The notes: generated by a model from the letters alone, not told the origin. A stretch of 64,000 bases of DNA from an uncultured Methanosarcinaceae archaeon (GCA_963733675.1 CAVTET010000004.1:640001-704000); one strand, 5' to 3'; positions 11,801 through 23,571 are shown, counted from the first letter of the stretch. Numbers and translations are program-made.

Positions 11801-13761
11801 AACGTTGTCGTCGGAGTTGCTGTAACCTTGGATATTACAGAGCAAAAACAAGCAGAACAAGAACGTGAGCGACTTTTAAGCGATATTCAACAGGAGAAAG
11901 ACAAACTGTCAGCATTGATTGGTAGCATTACTGATGAAGTCTGGTTTGTAGATTCTCAAGAAAACTTCACCTTGATCAATCCTTCTGGCCGAAATAAGTT
12001 CATGCTCAACAAAGATGAAGGAGCCAAAGCGAAAAAATTCTACTCGAAACTAGAAATCTATCATCCTAATGGTACTAGGCGCCAAATAGAAGAAGCTCCT
12101 GCTTTGCGGGCCCTACGGGGTGAAATCGTCAAGGGGTATGAACAAATTGTTCGCACACCTATTGATGGGAAATTGAGCTATCGCCAGGTGAATGCAGCTC
12201 CTGTGAAAGATCCAAAAGGCAATATCATTGGAGGTATCCGTCGTTAGGGATATTACCGAAATTAAGGAAGCAGAGAAGGCTCTACTGGAAAATGAATCAC
12301 AGCGTAGGATTGCAGAAGTAGTCGCGTCTGAACGACAGCGATTATTTGACGTGTTAGATACGTTGCCTGCAATGGTATGCCTATTGACATTTGATCACTA
12401 TTATGCCTTCATCAACCGTAGCTTCCGTGAAAAGTTCGGAGAACATGGCAATCAGCACTGTTATGAACTTTGTTTTGGGTTCAACAAGCCCTGTGAGTTC
12501 TGCGAAGCGTATAAAATACTTGAAACTGGTCAGCCTCACTATTGGGAAGTTACCGTTCCTGATGGAAGCGTGATTGATGTTTACAATTTTCCATTTATCG
12601 ATGTTGATGGTTCTCCAATGATCCTTGAGATGGATTTCGATATCACCGAGAGAAAAAAGGCAGAAGAGGCTCTCAGATTATCAAATATTTATAACCGTAG
12701 TCTTATTGAAGCCAGCTTGGATCCCTTAGTAACTATTGGGCATGATGGTAAAATTACTGATGTAAATAAAGCTACAGAACAGGTCACTGGTTATTCAAGG
12801 GATGAACTCATTGGTACCGACTTTACAAGCTATTTCACTGCTCCTAATAAAGCTGAAAAAGGTTATCAAGAAGTGTTTAGGGATAGATTTATGTCGGACT
12901 ATGCGCTTGAAATCAAACATCGGGATGGAAGCACAACACCCGTTTTATACAACGCTTCAATTTATAAGGACGAGTCTGGCGAGATTATTGGTGTTTTTGC
13001 TGCAGCGCGTGATATCACAGAGCTTAAAAAAGCAGAAGAAACTTTAGAGTTGAAATTAGAAGAACTTTCCCGCTCAAATGAAGAATTAGAACAATTTGCG
13101 TATGTTTCGTCACATGATTTGCAAGAACCCTTGCGGATGATAACAAGTTATTTGCAGCTTCTACAAAGACGATATCAGGGTCAGCTCGATGATAAGGCGG
13201 ATAAATACATACATTTCGCTGTTGACGGTGCTTCCCGTATGCAAAATTTGATAAATGATCTATTAGAATACTCCCGTGTGACCAGAACAAGCAGAGAACC
13301 TAAATTTACAAATTGTACATTTGTTTTAAATCAGGCGCTAGCTGGTTTAAAAGTGGCTATAAAAGAAAATAAAGCTACTATATCTCATGATACTTTGCCT
13401 GATATAATGGTAGATCCTACCCAGTTGATTCAGGTATTACAGAATCTAATACTCAACGGAATAAAATTCCATGGTGAAGAGACACCAAAAATCCATATCG
13501 CTGCAGAGAAAAAAGCAAATGAATGGGTGTTTTCAGTACATGATAACGGAATTGGAATCGATCCGCAGTATTCAGAAAAAAATATTTGAAGTTTTTAAAA
13601 GATTGCATACCAGGGAAAAATATCCTGGAACAGGAATAGGGCTTGCAGTCTGTAAGAAAATTATAGAAAGACAGGGTGGACATATATGGGTTGAATCGGA
13701 ATTAGGCAAAGGCTCAACTTTTTACTTCACTTTATCAATCGACCCCCACAGAATTTTATAA
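8819..13761 (+). pseudogene. Large MEDS-PAS-GAF-PAS sensor histidine kinase, multiply disrupted
   Basis: MEDS (PWGTHFCQFY), several PAS/PAC (DITE.K.AE), HisKA (SHDLQEPLR), HATPase (DNGIGI, GTGIGLA, GKGSTF). Frameshifts near 10870, 11303, 11497, 12235 and 13582 plus in-frame TAG at 11104. Confidence 0.9.
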
Positions 13762-14168
13762 ACTAAATTTGAACATATAGAAAATATTTTTAATTATTTA
13801 TTTAAATATAGCTGTTAAAGAAATCTTGTAATCAAAACGTAATTTTTCTAGCTTGAAGTTATGAAGTTACTATCCAAATTTTTTCCAATATCAAGTTGGG
13901 ACCAATCTAATCAGATGATACCATTTTGACTGTCTCGATACATATGTAATTATAAAATCGATGTGTTTTATATTAATTTGAGTAAAGAATGTTCTCAATT
14001 TTAGGTTAAAATGGCAAAAATGCACTGATTTTGAGACAAAAAAAACTGTGCCTCACTAAAAACAAGAAATTATATTATTTGTGGCAAATTTAAAGGGATT
14101 CTACAGGGCTGAAATATATTATTTTAATGAAAAAAGCCAAGGTGAAAAAATTATACCGGACATCTCGG

Positions 14169-14724
14169 TTATTCGATTAGTACAAGGCAAAAGATGTTCA
14201 TCGTATCGGATACATCCGTCAATACTTCGATAGGATAGCCGTTATTCTTCACCGTGCTGTAAACGTCTATACCGCAACTTTCCATCGACGGTCTGGCAAT
14301 CTTTGGATTCCTGCATTCCTTCAGTGTGCATTCAGGGCAAAGCTGACAGTGACCACCGCTTAGTGCAAAAGCCTTATAGTACCAGCAAGGAAGATATCTC
14401 TCTCAAGCGTGTTGATGACCTTTGTGCTGTCCCTCGTGATGATCTTTATCCCACTAGCAGGTCTTCCGTCGCTTTGTCGATATTTGTCGAAAAATGTACT
14501 AAAGGCGCGTATTCATAGCAATCTACCAGTTCCCTAATCTCTTGATGTGTAGGTGAATTAGGCGGACAGCAAAGGCTTTTGTTATACTCCGGACATCCAT
14601 ACCTGCACTTCCATCTGGTCCACGGCACTGTGACTATACTATATGTCTTAATAATCTTAGCATCGTGGGAGCCCAGCTTGACAGCCATCTCAACGAATTT
14701 TTGGTATTTTTCCAGATTACTCAC
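14169..14724 (-). pseudogene. DUF2284-like Cys-rich metal-binding protein, two frameshifts
   Basis: RWKCRYGCPEY..LCCPP, then GHCQLCPEC...C.NPKIARPSMESCGIDV in shifted frames. Confidence 0.8.
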
Positions 14725-14840
14725 TCCTGAAAATTAGTCCTTTTTGTAAGAGTTATAATTCTTAATTTTTTAAAAAACTTATTATCAAATATTGAAATGG
14801 CAGTAATATCACTGAGCTAAAGACTCAAAAAAGAAATAGG

Positions 14841-14988
14841 GCAATATAGATTACATTACAGAATATCTTTATTGCCCTGGAAATTAAGTGCTAACCCCTT
14901 TCTATTATCCATGGAGATAATATCTACCCAAATGAAATTAACAACGATAAAATATTATTTGTGCAGTTAATGAGATGATCAACTCGAT
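14841..14988. repeat. Dispersed ~150-bp repeat, copy 1 (partner at 49850-49999)
   Basis: Shared blocks TTATTGCCCTGGAAA, CATGGAGAT, TTAACAA.ATAAAATATT.TTTGTG.AGTTA.TGAGAT. Confidence 0.75.
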
Positions 14989-15044
14989 TTTAAAGCTTAT
15001 TCCTTTCTTATTTTTCTATTTATGCTTGTGATTTAGTTTAATTA

Positions 15045-15097
15045 GTTCCAGATGTTCCATGAGCTCCAAATGTTCTAGAAGTTCCATAAGTTCCACG
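15045..15097. repeat. Degenerate 9-bp tandem repeat (GTTCCANNN) x6
   Basis: gttccagat gttccatga gctccaaat gttctagaa gttccataa gttccacga. Confidence 0.65.
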
Positions 15098-15345
15098 AGT
15101 AGTAAATCAGCAATTTTTTTATTATGATGAAACCTAGGTAATTTATAGATTTTAGGACAAAAACGATGTATAAATAAAACTCTAAAAAAGAAACTTTGTC
15201 AATAAAAATAGCAGCTCTGAATTCTGTTTTTTGTGGTAGAGTAAAGTTATACAGAACCAATCAAACGTTACGGATTTTAAGATACATTGTAGTAAGCACA
15301 GAGTTGACTTTAAAACTTGAATCTATTACAGATATCTAGATCTAG

Positions 15346-15637
15346 TTAATAGACCCATACCCAGCTGTTAAAGCTGGGTCTCCACACCCAATCACAATTC
15401 GGGTAGTAACTACCATAGTAGTAATGGTGACGCCATTCGCGATTGCCGTGGCCATAGTATCTGCTTCGGTAGCCGTGGTGACCTTTATGACCGTCACCGT
15501 AGCCTTTCGCCGTGGCCTTTATGACTACCATCGCCGCGACGAGCTTCAACTGCCGCCACTGTCACTGATACTACAAAAATAATTATCAGCAAAATAGCCA
15601 GCATCTTTTTGATTTTATTAGATGATTGTTTCAACAT
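15346..15637 (-). pseudogene. Small secreted Gly/His/Tyr-rich protein, frameshifted
   Basis: Signal peptide KKMLAILLIIIFVVSVTVAAVEA, then GDG(S)HKGH repeats and aromatic C-terminus ..WVWVY in a second frame. Confidence 0.6.
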
Positions 15638-16271
15638 TTGTTTCACCTTTTTGTGACTAAAATTAATCATTATAATGGAGTTCATTTTATAGTAACTATC
15701 GAAGCTGTCAAAAATTTCGACTAACTACAATATTATATGATTTTAATTAATTATTTTAAATTAATTATAAAAAAAATAGTTTCTGAATAAAATTTATTTT
15801 CACATAAAATGTTTTAACATTGAACAACATTTTAATATTAATCGTGTTTTCTAATAGTTACTGAATAAAGCTTTGATTCTTGCGATTTTCAGTGATGCAT
15901 AGGTTTTATAGCAAAATATCTGTATCCGTGAAAACAATAAAAAAACTATGTCGGTATAACCAACAACTCTAATTTTACAAAATTTTTGGTATACTTAGTA
16001 ATAGTACTGATTGAGTTCCAGATTTTTCATTAGCTTTAAGCTATCCCTAACAACCTATGATAAATAGTAATTTATCAATCTCTTACAGATATCTAATAGA
16101 TATCATTAGCCAATCCTTGGCAACAATTGAAACCATTTTTAAAAATAGGCCACCTACATTCTGATCCACAAAAATTTAAAACTTGATTAGCCTACAAATT
16201 AGTAAAATTTCAAATTTAAGTTTACATAATTAAGCAAAGTTTCAAAAGTAGACTATTATACTTAATTATGA

Positions 16272-16531
16272 ATTTCTGTTCGATCTGTATCAACATATAC
16301 CAATCTAGATGATGATTTTTCGGTTTTATTTGTGTCAATTTGTACGATAATTTTCAGTTTAATCTGTATCCATCTGTATTAATCTGTATGATGACATTCA
16401 GTTCAATCTGAATCTCTCTATTAACCATGGTATATGAAGATTTTCAGTTTGATCTGTATCCGTCTGTATAATCTGTATAACATACAGGCAAATTAAAAAA
16501 GTATACATGCCATTATCTGTACACATACAGA
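16272..16531 (+). repeat. Phased ATCTGTAT direct-repeat array (iteron/centromere-like)
   Basis: Exact ATCTGTAT at 16283, 16362, 16372, 16382, 16452, 16471 plus variants; each block preceded by TTTCAGTT-like sequence; inverted ATACAG copies at ~16482 and ~16525. Confidence 0.85.
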
Positions 16532-16533
16532 GT

Positions 16534-16974
16534 ATGACTAACCGTAAGCGAATTAATATTAATATCCCAATGGATTTATATCAGCAAGTCACTAAATCAA
16601 AATATACTTTAACAGAAGCAATCACAGAAGGTCTCATATTGCTTTTGTCCGGTTCATCAAAAAATAATGACAATGAAATTAACCACGATATCTTAAACTT
16701 ACAGGAATCTAGGATTAATGATTTACAAACTCATAATGAGACTTTGATGAGAGAACTTGAAGACCTTAAAAGAAAAGAACCTGAGAATAAGAATATCCTG
16801 CAATTACATGAAGCTAGGATCAAGGATTTACAAGATCAATTAAGAACAAATCAGGATCAATTAAAAGAAAAAGATGAACAATTAAAAGCACAGGCCATCC
16901 ACATTCAAACGCTGCTTAATCAAAAGTCTATAGAAGCACCTGGAGCAAAGAAGCAATGGTGGAGATTTTGGTAG
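16534..16974 (+). CDS. Putative RHH DNA-binding / coiled-coil protein with KKQWWRFW tail
   Basis: MTNRKRININIP-MDLYQQV-..LTEAITEGLILL strand-helix-helix pattern, heptad-rich middle with internal duplication (ILNLQESRINDLQ / ILQLHEARIKDLQ), aromatic tail. Start could be 16507. Confidence 0.7.
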   Translation: MTNRKRININIPMDLYQQVTKSKYTLTEAITEGLILLLSGSSKNNDNEINHDILNLQESRINDLQTHNETLMRELEDLKRKEPENKNILQLHEARIKDLQDQLRTNQDQLKEKDEQLKAQAIHIQTLLNQKSIEAPGAKKQWWRFW

Positions 16975-16991
16975 GCTCGACAGTAATTGTA

Positions 16992-17474
16992 CTACTGAAT
17001 AAAATAACCAGGTTCAAATAAAAAATTAAATAATTGAAGAATTTTAATTTTCTCTACCAAAAACAAACTTCTAGAGAATTTTCTCCCTGATTTTGTCTGC
17101 GTCCGTACGCCTATCTCGACGTCCTTATTCAGGTTTTCTGATACAACATTTGTTTTTTTGTATACCCGCCTGCCAAAGTCTGGCACAACACGTCGTTCGA
17201 GTATCCAAAGACATATTTGAGTGTCTCCAGCTTTTGCTGATGAATTTAAGCGTTCCAAAAGTATTTTTGCGGCATCAGCATTCCGCTTTTTAATATATTG
17301 ATAAAACTGATAATATTTTCCAGATTTCTCTGTTTGTCCCCTTTTAAGCCAATCATTTAACGTTTGATACGTAATTCAGGCTGCGGAAGCAGCGAGAGCA
17401 TAAGTAAGTCCAAGTGGAATATTTTCGCTGATTTTTTGTTGTATTTCTGGAGTTAATTTCGTAGATCTTGTCAT
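16992..17474 (-). pseudogene. Phage terminase small subunit-like HTH protein, in-frame TGA at 17376-17378
   Basis: MTRSTKLTPEIQQKI...AASAA*ITYQTLNDWLKRG...F...ADAA...LWILERR..PDFGR, in frame with ORF 16992-17258. Confidence 0.6.
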
Positions 17475-17679
17475 TGATAGCACCGTTTTTACTCTTTGAA
17501 ATAAATATCAATGAATGTTGTATTTATATTTACTTAGTTCTCTTAGACACAACGACAGGATTTATATATGTAAAATCTAAAATGAGTCATTCTAAAGCGA
17601 TTTTGAGACTTTTTCTTGAGTTGAATATTGCTATAACCATGAAATAATCAAAAACAATTACTTTAAGGGCTGAGATTTA

Positions 17680-17804
17680 GAGCCTATCCTAAAAGTTTTG
17701 TAACCTAGTATAACTTTTCAATACACAATTGGAATGGATACTCTGATGCTGTCGATCAATTATACCTTTTACAGCGTGCCATTATTGACATTTCGGATAG
17801 GCCC
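17680..17804. mobile_element. MITE sharing ends with the IS5-family element at 39297-40165
   Basis: GAGCCTATCCTAAAA ... TTTCGGATAGGCCC, 125 bp, no ORF. Confidence 0.7.
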
Positions 17805-18992
17805 GAAGTCAAAAATGAACGATTATGGGACGATTTAAGGCATCTTCTTGAGTGAGATATGATTATTCCCCTAATGTCAACTCATTCAAAGTTAGCTCTT
17901 TCAATGTTACCTTCTTTAAAGTTAGTTTTTTATCTAATTCATGCCATAACCTCTTTCCTTCATCCCAAAATTTTTGTTTATCTTGTATCAACTGTGAATT
18001 AAAAGCAACCATATTAGCATGGTCCTGAATACAGCCTTTTACTACCTGAACCTTGAAGACATGTTTGGTTATTATACTGTTTCTTTGTGAAATCCTCGAG
18101 ACTTGTGGGTATCAACGAAAGTAATTGTCTCAAAGTTAATCTTATGAGCTGCAAGTGAAGATATATCAACAGACATAGAAGGTTTGTTTAAAGGTATTTT
18201 AGAACTTCGAATTTTTTGTGAGATACATTGTTTATATATATTTTTAAATGTGATTTAACTAGTTCTAACCTATCCTGATTTGTCTATCATCCTTAGAAAA
18301 AGGAAACAGGAATTAGAAAAGATTTTTACCAGAGATTAATGAAAAAAAATGTAAAGGTGTTTTGATAAAATTTAAAATTTCCATCGGATGCACAGAATTC
18401 CAAAGATTTGGTTTATTAAAAATCAATAAAATTGGGGTGGTATCCCTTCTGCTAGCAATTGTATATGTTAGTGCCACCGCTTTGGATGCAAAGAAATTAT
18501 TCCAAATCAAATATTTTAATTTGCTATATGATTCTTTTTTTGGTTTTACCTGATTGTCAACGTAATTTTTAAAGAATTATGATAGACCTCTGGTTTTCAT
18601 GAGTAATTTATGATACCATTTATGAGCGTATGACATAATTTAGGAGTTTATTTACAATCCTTTTTATGAAATCTGAAGTTTTACTATCCCCAAAATTTCA
18701 ATGTAAACTCCATCACTCCACATTCACTACCAAATAACTGGTTTTTAATCTCAGAACATTAGTTAAAAATTTAGAATTATTCGGGTATCTGTGTAAGGAC
18801 TGCATTATTTTTTATATGAACTGAGAAAATTTTGTAGCACTCACAAGATACTTGAATAGTTGCGAAAAAAATGTAAGTAAGGAAAAGTATAATGACTGTA
18901 AGGACGATGACTGATAATAGTATCGATTTTTTTGCTTTTTCTCACAATTACTGTCAAATATATCTTCCCTATAATATACCTTTCTAAAACCG

Positions 18993-19916
18993 TTATTTTT
19001 TCCTTGGGATAAATCCAACTTCACTAACAATGTTTTGCCCTTTTTCGCTCAACACAAAGTCACAGAAATCTTTTGTGAGTCCTTCTTTGGGTTCGCCATT
19101 GGTATAGAAGTAAAGCGATCTGGAAAGTGGGTATGTGCCGCTTAAAATGCTTTGAGTAGTTGGCAATACAGAGCCATTTCCTTTGTCCAGGCTTAAGACC
19201 TTTATGCTGTTATCGACGTATGCAAAGCCTATGTACCCGATTGCATTTTGATTATGAGCTACTTCAGTGACTATTCCTCCTGTAGTAGCCTGAGTAAGCG
19301 CATCAGGCCGGACTTCATCACCGAGCAAAACATCTTTCTTGAAGTCTGCATAAGTTCCAGAGCTGGTATCCCTAGAAATTACGGAAATTTGTTTATCCTC
19401 ACCATCAACTTGTTTCCAGTTACTGATACTCCCATTATAGATACCTTGCAACTGGTTAAAGGTAAGTTTTGAAATAGGATTCTTGGGATGTACAACCACT
19501 GTAATACCGTCATAAGCAATTACATGCTCTAATGGGTTGATTCCATTTGTGTTAGCTTTTTTGATTTCGTCAGTTGTCATTTCTCTAGATGCAGTAGCAA
19601 TGTCCACTCCTTTGTCAATTAGAGCTGCAATTCCAACACCTGTTCCACCTCCAGTAACTGACACACTTTTCCTGGGATTTTCATTCAAAAATTTTTCAGC
19701 CTCAGCCTGTGCAAGAGGCAGAAGTGTATCGGACCCTTTCACAGAAATGCTCTGTGATTTTACAGCAGTAGTTTCCTGTACTGGTGTTCCGCCTGATGAG
19801 TTATTCTGAGCAATGGAAGAACCTTCACTATTCTTTCCAGCGCAACCAATGCCCAGAAACACAAGCCCAATTAGAACTAATATAAGAATTTTGTATTTTT
19901 TTGATTTATTTACCAT
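18993..19916 (-). CDS. pstS: Phosphate ABC transporter substrate-binding lipoprotein
   Basis: Lipobox GIGC, KGSDT, GGGTGVG, DIATASR, RDTSSGT, YPLSRSLY. Confidence 0.93.
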   Translation of the reverse strand: MVNKSKKYKILILVLIGLVFLGIGCAGKNSEGSSIAQNNSSGGTPVQETTAVKSQSISVKGSDTLLPLAQAEAEKFLNENPRKSVSVTGGGTGVGIAALIDKGVDIATASREMTTDEIKKANTNGINPLEHVIAYDGITVVVHPKNPISKLTFNQLQGIYNGSISNWKQVDGEDKQISVISRDTSSGTYADFKKDVLLGDEVRPDALTQATTGGIVTEVAHNQNAIGYIGFAYVDNSIKVLSLDKGNGSVLPTTQSILSGTYPLSRSLYFYTNGEPKEGLTKDFCDFVLSEKGQNIVSEVGFIPRKK

Positions 19917-20256
19917 ATTAAAGACACTCCGTTAAATGAATAGGGCTAAATCAGCAACATTCATCTATTAACTTCTAACTCGTATAATAATCAACAGACG
20001 AAGTAATTATATACAAATTCGGTATCGAAGTATATAATTAGTATTAAAGAATATAATTAAATGGGTTATTTAGGTATCTATATGTAAAATTAGTTGACAG
20101 CAGAAATATCAGATAATTACATTGGAAAAATATAAAATATAACTATCTGAGAAAAATAGTTATTATTGATATAAAAATTATATTCCATTGTGCATAAGTC
20201 TTATCAGGAAAGACCATTTGCTTCTAAACATTTTGGATTTTGCAATGTTACTATTA

Positions 20257-20560
20257 TTAATTGCCGCCTTGATAACCGTTTTTACGATCTACTTGGCCAT
20301 CAGGGTAACCCTCATCGTAGCCATGTGTGTAGCCTTCATCATAGCCATTTGTGTAGCCTTCATTAGTGTTGTTATGACTTAAACCGGATTTGATGTCATA
20401 AAAACTGCCATTAAAACCGGTTTGGTAGCTGGTTCTATAGCCGGCTGCATAACCTCGTTCGTAGTTGGGGCTTTTTAGACCCCATAAGATTGCTACTGCA
20501 GCTGTCAATCCTACTACAACGATGACTATTAACAAAATAGACAGTATCTTCTTTACGCTG
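20257..20560 (-). CDS. Secreted or membrane protein with GYxxGY repeats; start uncertain, possibly degenerate
   Basis: KKILSILLIVIVVVGLTAAVA followed by EGYTNGYDEGYTHGYDEGY; 24-bp tandem unit visible in DNA. Confidence 0.5.
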
Positions 20561-20829
20561 TAACCAAATATAATTTTATTTTCATACCGTTGGTTGTCCA
20601 CTAAATGTCCCCTTGGCAAGTTTACTAATTCAATATCATATTTTTGAATTGATCTCAAAACCCATTTCATTTTTAGCAATTATGATTTGACAATATTACT
20701 TTTATTATCAGAATCCAATTAACACTACAATAAATGTAAATATTCAAGTAACTTTTGGACATTATAATTTTACTTATAAAAAAGAAAAAAAATCGTAAAC
20801 TTATTGAAGTTAATGTTTTTTTGTTATTT

Positions 20830-21120
20830 ATGCTTACGTGTGAAGAAATCCTTGAAATCCATGAAGTTGGTCCTGAGAGTATTATTTATGTAATTCATAG
20901 ACTTAAGACTACTTTAGAAGATCAAGCTATTCAAAGCACTGCTCTTGAAGAGCGTGTAAAGATTTTCAAATCTTGCTTCAATTAAAACTATTGCAAAAGT
21001 AGCAAACCTCTTTCTATTGACTTTTTTGTCAAAAAACACAAAGCCTTTGTAAAAAGAGTTGTAAAAAACATGGGGATGAAGAAGGTCATGCAGAAATAAC
21101 TCTTAAAATGATTAATAATC
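20830..21120 (+). mobile_element. Decayed 5' part of an IS66-type transposase
   Basis: MLTCEEILEIHEVGPE...ALEERVK...N*N..SSKP.S.DF resembles the IS66 N-terminal coiled coil plus NSSxPPSxD motif. Confidence 0.6.
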
Positions 21121-21984
21121 GCGGTTTTGTCATTATATTCTTTTCCGTGCTAATTTACAGGAAGAACTTCAGAGTCTCAAATCTCATTTAAGAAATTTAC
21201 AGGCATATGTTGGTTACTAGTAGGTCTGTGAACATGAAAATACTTCCAGAAAATTGCAGATGTGCCAAAAAAAAAGAACGTTACAGGGTCTCTTGAGTGA
21301 GGTTTAACTCTAAGACGGGAAGTCTTCGGTTCTGAAGTTACTGGTTTGTGTTCATTTCTAGCTAGCTAATTTCTGGACTATTAACTAGTAGGAGCCGGTA
21401 AGACAAGAAATACTAAACATCATATGTCACAAAATAAAATTGTTTGGACGTAGTTCATATGAAAATGAGGCTTTATTAAAACTTAAATAATTCTACAATT
21501 GAATAATAAACAACGTTAATTTTAAATTGTATTTTATATGATCAAAATGGTATCATCTGAGATAATTCCTATTTTTTGTATTTTTGACCTTAGATCATTG
21601 GTTGCAGATTCAAGAGAATTGGTAGGGGATGTTGCAGAATGAGTTAAAACATTAATAACTTCTTGATAGTTCTATTTTGCTTCATAAGGTAAAGTGATTA
21701 TATCAAAGATATACATAATTCAGAAGATGCCCAAAGTAAACAGTTTTTATTTATGCCAGAGATGGAGTCATTTCTCTTTCCTATGCCCAACAACTTAATT
21801 ACCTTAATTAATTTTTTATATGGTTTTTCAATTTGTCGAAATAATTCCTGAACTAATGTGGTTAGAACTACTGACAATAGCATCAATATTTTTTTCGTTT
21901 CCTGAAAAATTCTTTCTTTATAAAGCTGAAATCTTAAAGCTCTTTAAAAACCTATAATAGATGTGAAACACCATTGTTAAGGGT

Positions 21985-23460
21985 ATGAAAAGCGATTTCA
22001 CCACATCAGAATCTTTAGATAAAAAAAACCAGACAGCAGCTGGAGTTGAGAAAGAATTTCCAAGAAAAGTTTTCGCACAAAATCAAGGAAAAAAGGGGCC
22101 TTTAAAAGTAATCATTATTGGAGGGGGAGCCTGTGGTATGGCAGCTGCTACCAAAATTAGAAGACAGAGTGATTTTGAGATAACAGTAATTTCACGAGAC
22201 TCCTATACTGCTTACAGTCACTGTGGAATCCCTTTTGTTTTGAGTCGGGAAATTAATAGTTTTGAAAAACTTATTGTGAAATCCCTGGATTTTTTTAAGA
22301 AAAATAGGATGGATGTTAAGCTAAATGAGGCCGTTAGGTCAATTAATATTGGTTCAGGAACTGTTCAGACAAGGGAAGGAATTTATCCTTTTGACAAACT
22401 GGTGATTGCCACAGGAAGCCTGCCATTTATACCTAAAAAAGATTGCACTACAAACATTCTAACTTATGGCATCTTCACCTTGAGGAATCTTGATGATGGC
22501 ATGCTCTTTGAAAAAGCCCTGAAAACTGCCGAAAAAGTTTGCATCATAGGTGGAGGGACAATAGGAATAGAATGTGCCGTAGCACTTGTGAGAAGGGGAA
22601 TTAAAACTGTACTCATAAGCAGAAGCAAAAATCTGATTTCTAGGCAGTTTGATCCCGAATGTGCTGAAATTATAAGAACACACCTGGAAAGTATGGGCAT
22701 TGAAGTAATTTCAGGTGAACATATTGTTATTCCTGAAAATTTCTGGAACGAAAAAACTCTGCAAGTTGGAGAAAGGCTATTTCTTGCAGACATTGTACTC
22801 CTGGCAAGCGGGGTAAAACCCGAAATTTTTCTTGCCATGGAGGCCGGAATCGAAATTGGAAAAGCTGGAGGAATAGTTGTAAATGAAATGCTCCAGGTAA
22901 AAGCAGGAGAGGAGTTCCTTCCCAATGTGTATGCAGGTGGAGAATGTGTGGAAGTAAAGGACTTTATAACCGGGGAAGCCAGAATAAGTCAGCTGGGTAC
23001 AGCAGCACGGAGTATGGCCTATGTAATCGGCAATAATATTACCGGAAAGCATACTGCTTTTGGGCCGCTTGCAGACCCTTGGGTGGCTGTAGCAGGTGAT
23101 TTACAGTTCGGTGGAGTGGGGATTACGTCGAAGAGAGCTGAAAGTAAGGGGATGAGTTTGGTTACAGGCTTTTCCAGCGGGTATACAAGAGCTTCTTATT
23201 ACCCAGATAAAAAAAAAATATACATCAAACTCCTGTTTAAAGATGATTGCCTAGTAGGTGCACAACTTGTCGGAGGGGAGGGAATAAAAGAAAGAATAGA
23301 TGCTCTCTCCCTTGCAATCAGGAAGAAATCCACAATCAAGGATCTCCTAGACTTGGAAACCTGTTACTCTCCCCCAGTTTCAATGCTTATAGATCCTCTA
23401 CGACCGGCAGTAAAAGCCGCACTTCAAAATAGGAGGGAAAAAGAAAATAGTGAACAATAA
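21985..23460 (+). CDS. FAD-dependent pyridine nucleotide-disulfide oxidoreductase (NADH oxidase / CoA-disulfide reductase family)
   Basis: GGGACG, YSHCGIP single redox Cys, ATGS, GGGTIG, CYSPP. Confidence 0.9.
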   Translation: MKSDFTTSESLDKKNQTAAGVEKEFPRKVFAQNQGKKGPLKVIIIGGGACGMAAATKIRRQSDFEITVISRDSYTAYSHCGIPFVLSREINSFEKLIVKSLDFFKKNRMDVKLNEAVRSINIGSGTVQTREGIYPFDKLVIATGSLPFIPKKDCTTNILTYGIFTLRNLDDGMLFEKALKTAEKVCIIGGGTIGIECAVALVRRGIKTVLISRSKNLISRQFDPECAEIIRTHLESMGIEVISGEHIVIPENFWNEKTLQVGERLFLADIVLLASGVKPEIFLAMEAGIEIGKAGGIVVNEMLQVKAGEEFLPNVYAGGECVEVKDFITGEARISQLGTAARSMAYVIGNNITGKHTAFGPLADPWVAVAGDLQFGGVGITSKRAESKGMSLVTGFSSGYTRASYYPDKKKIYIKLLFKDDCLVGAQLVGGEGIKERIDALSLAIRKKSTIKDLLDLETCYSPPVSMLIDPLRPAVKAALQNRREKENSEQ

Positions 23461-23476
23461 GTAAGGGTGAAATTAA

Positions 23477-23557
23477 AGAGGATTCAATAAATTTCGTCAT
23501 ATGCATATAAATGTTATATAAATGACTTGTGAAAATCAAAGATTTATCAAATTCTCA
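23477..23557. mobile_element. ~90-bp MITE, family B (ends AGAGGATTTCGATAAA-like)
   Basis: Shares ends and the CATATGCATATA..TATATAAATGAC..TGAAAAT core with 38971-39060 and 58964-59056. Confidence 0.7.
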
Positions 23558-23571
23558 AAACTTGCCTGTAC

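Noticed and set aside
16272-16531. CRISPR array
   Set aside because: Units are 8-10 bp with no unique spacers, and no cas genes are visible
17850-18230. Degenerate minus-strand reading frame
   Set aside because: Many stops and no recognisable family
18993-19916. pstS without pstCAB as a novel system
   Set aside because: Stand-alone pstS paralogs are common; nothing else unusual is visible
21280-21410. Possible group II intron or structured RNA remnant (also 61640-61670)
   Set aside because: No complete domain V stem and no reverse transcriptase
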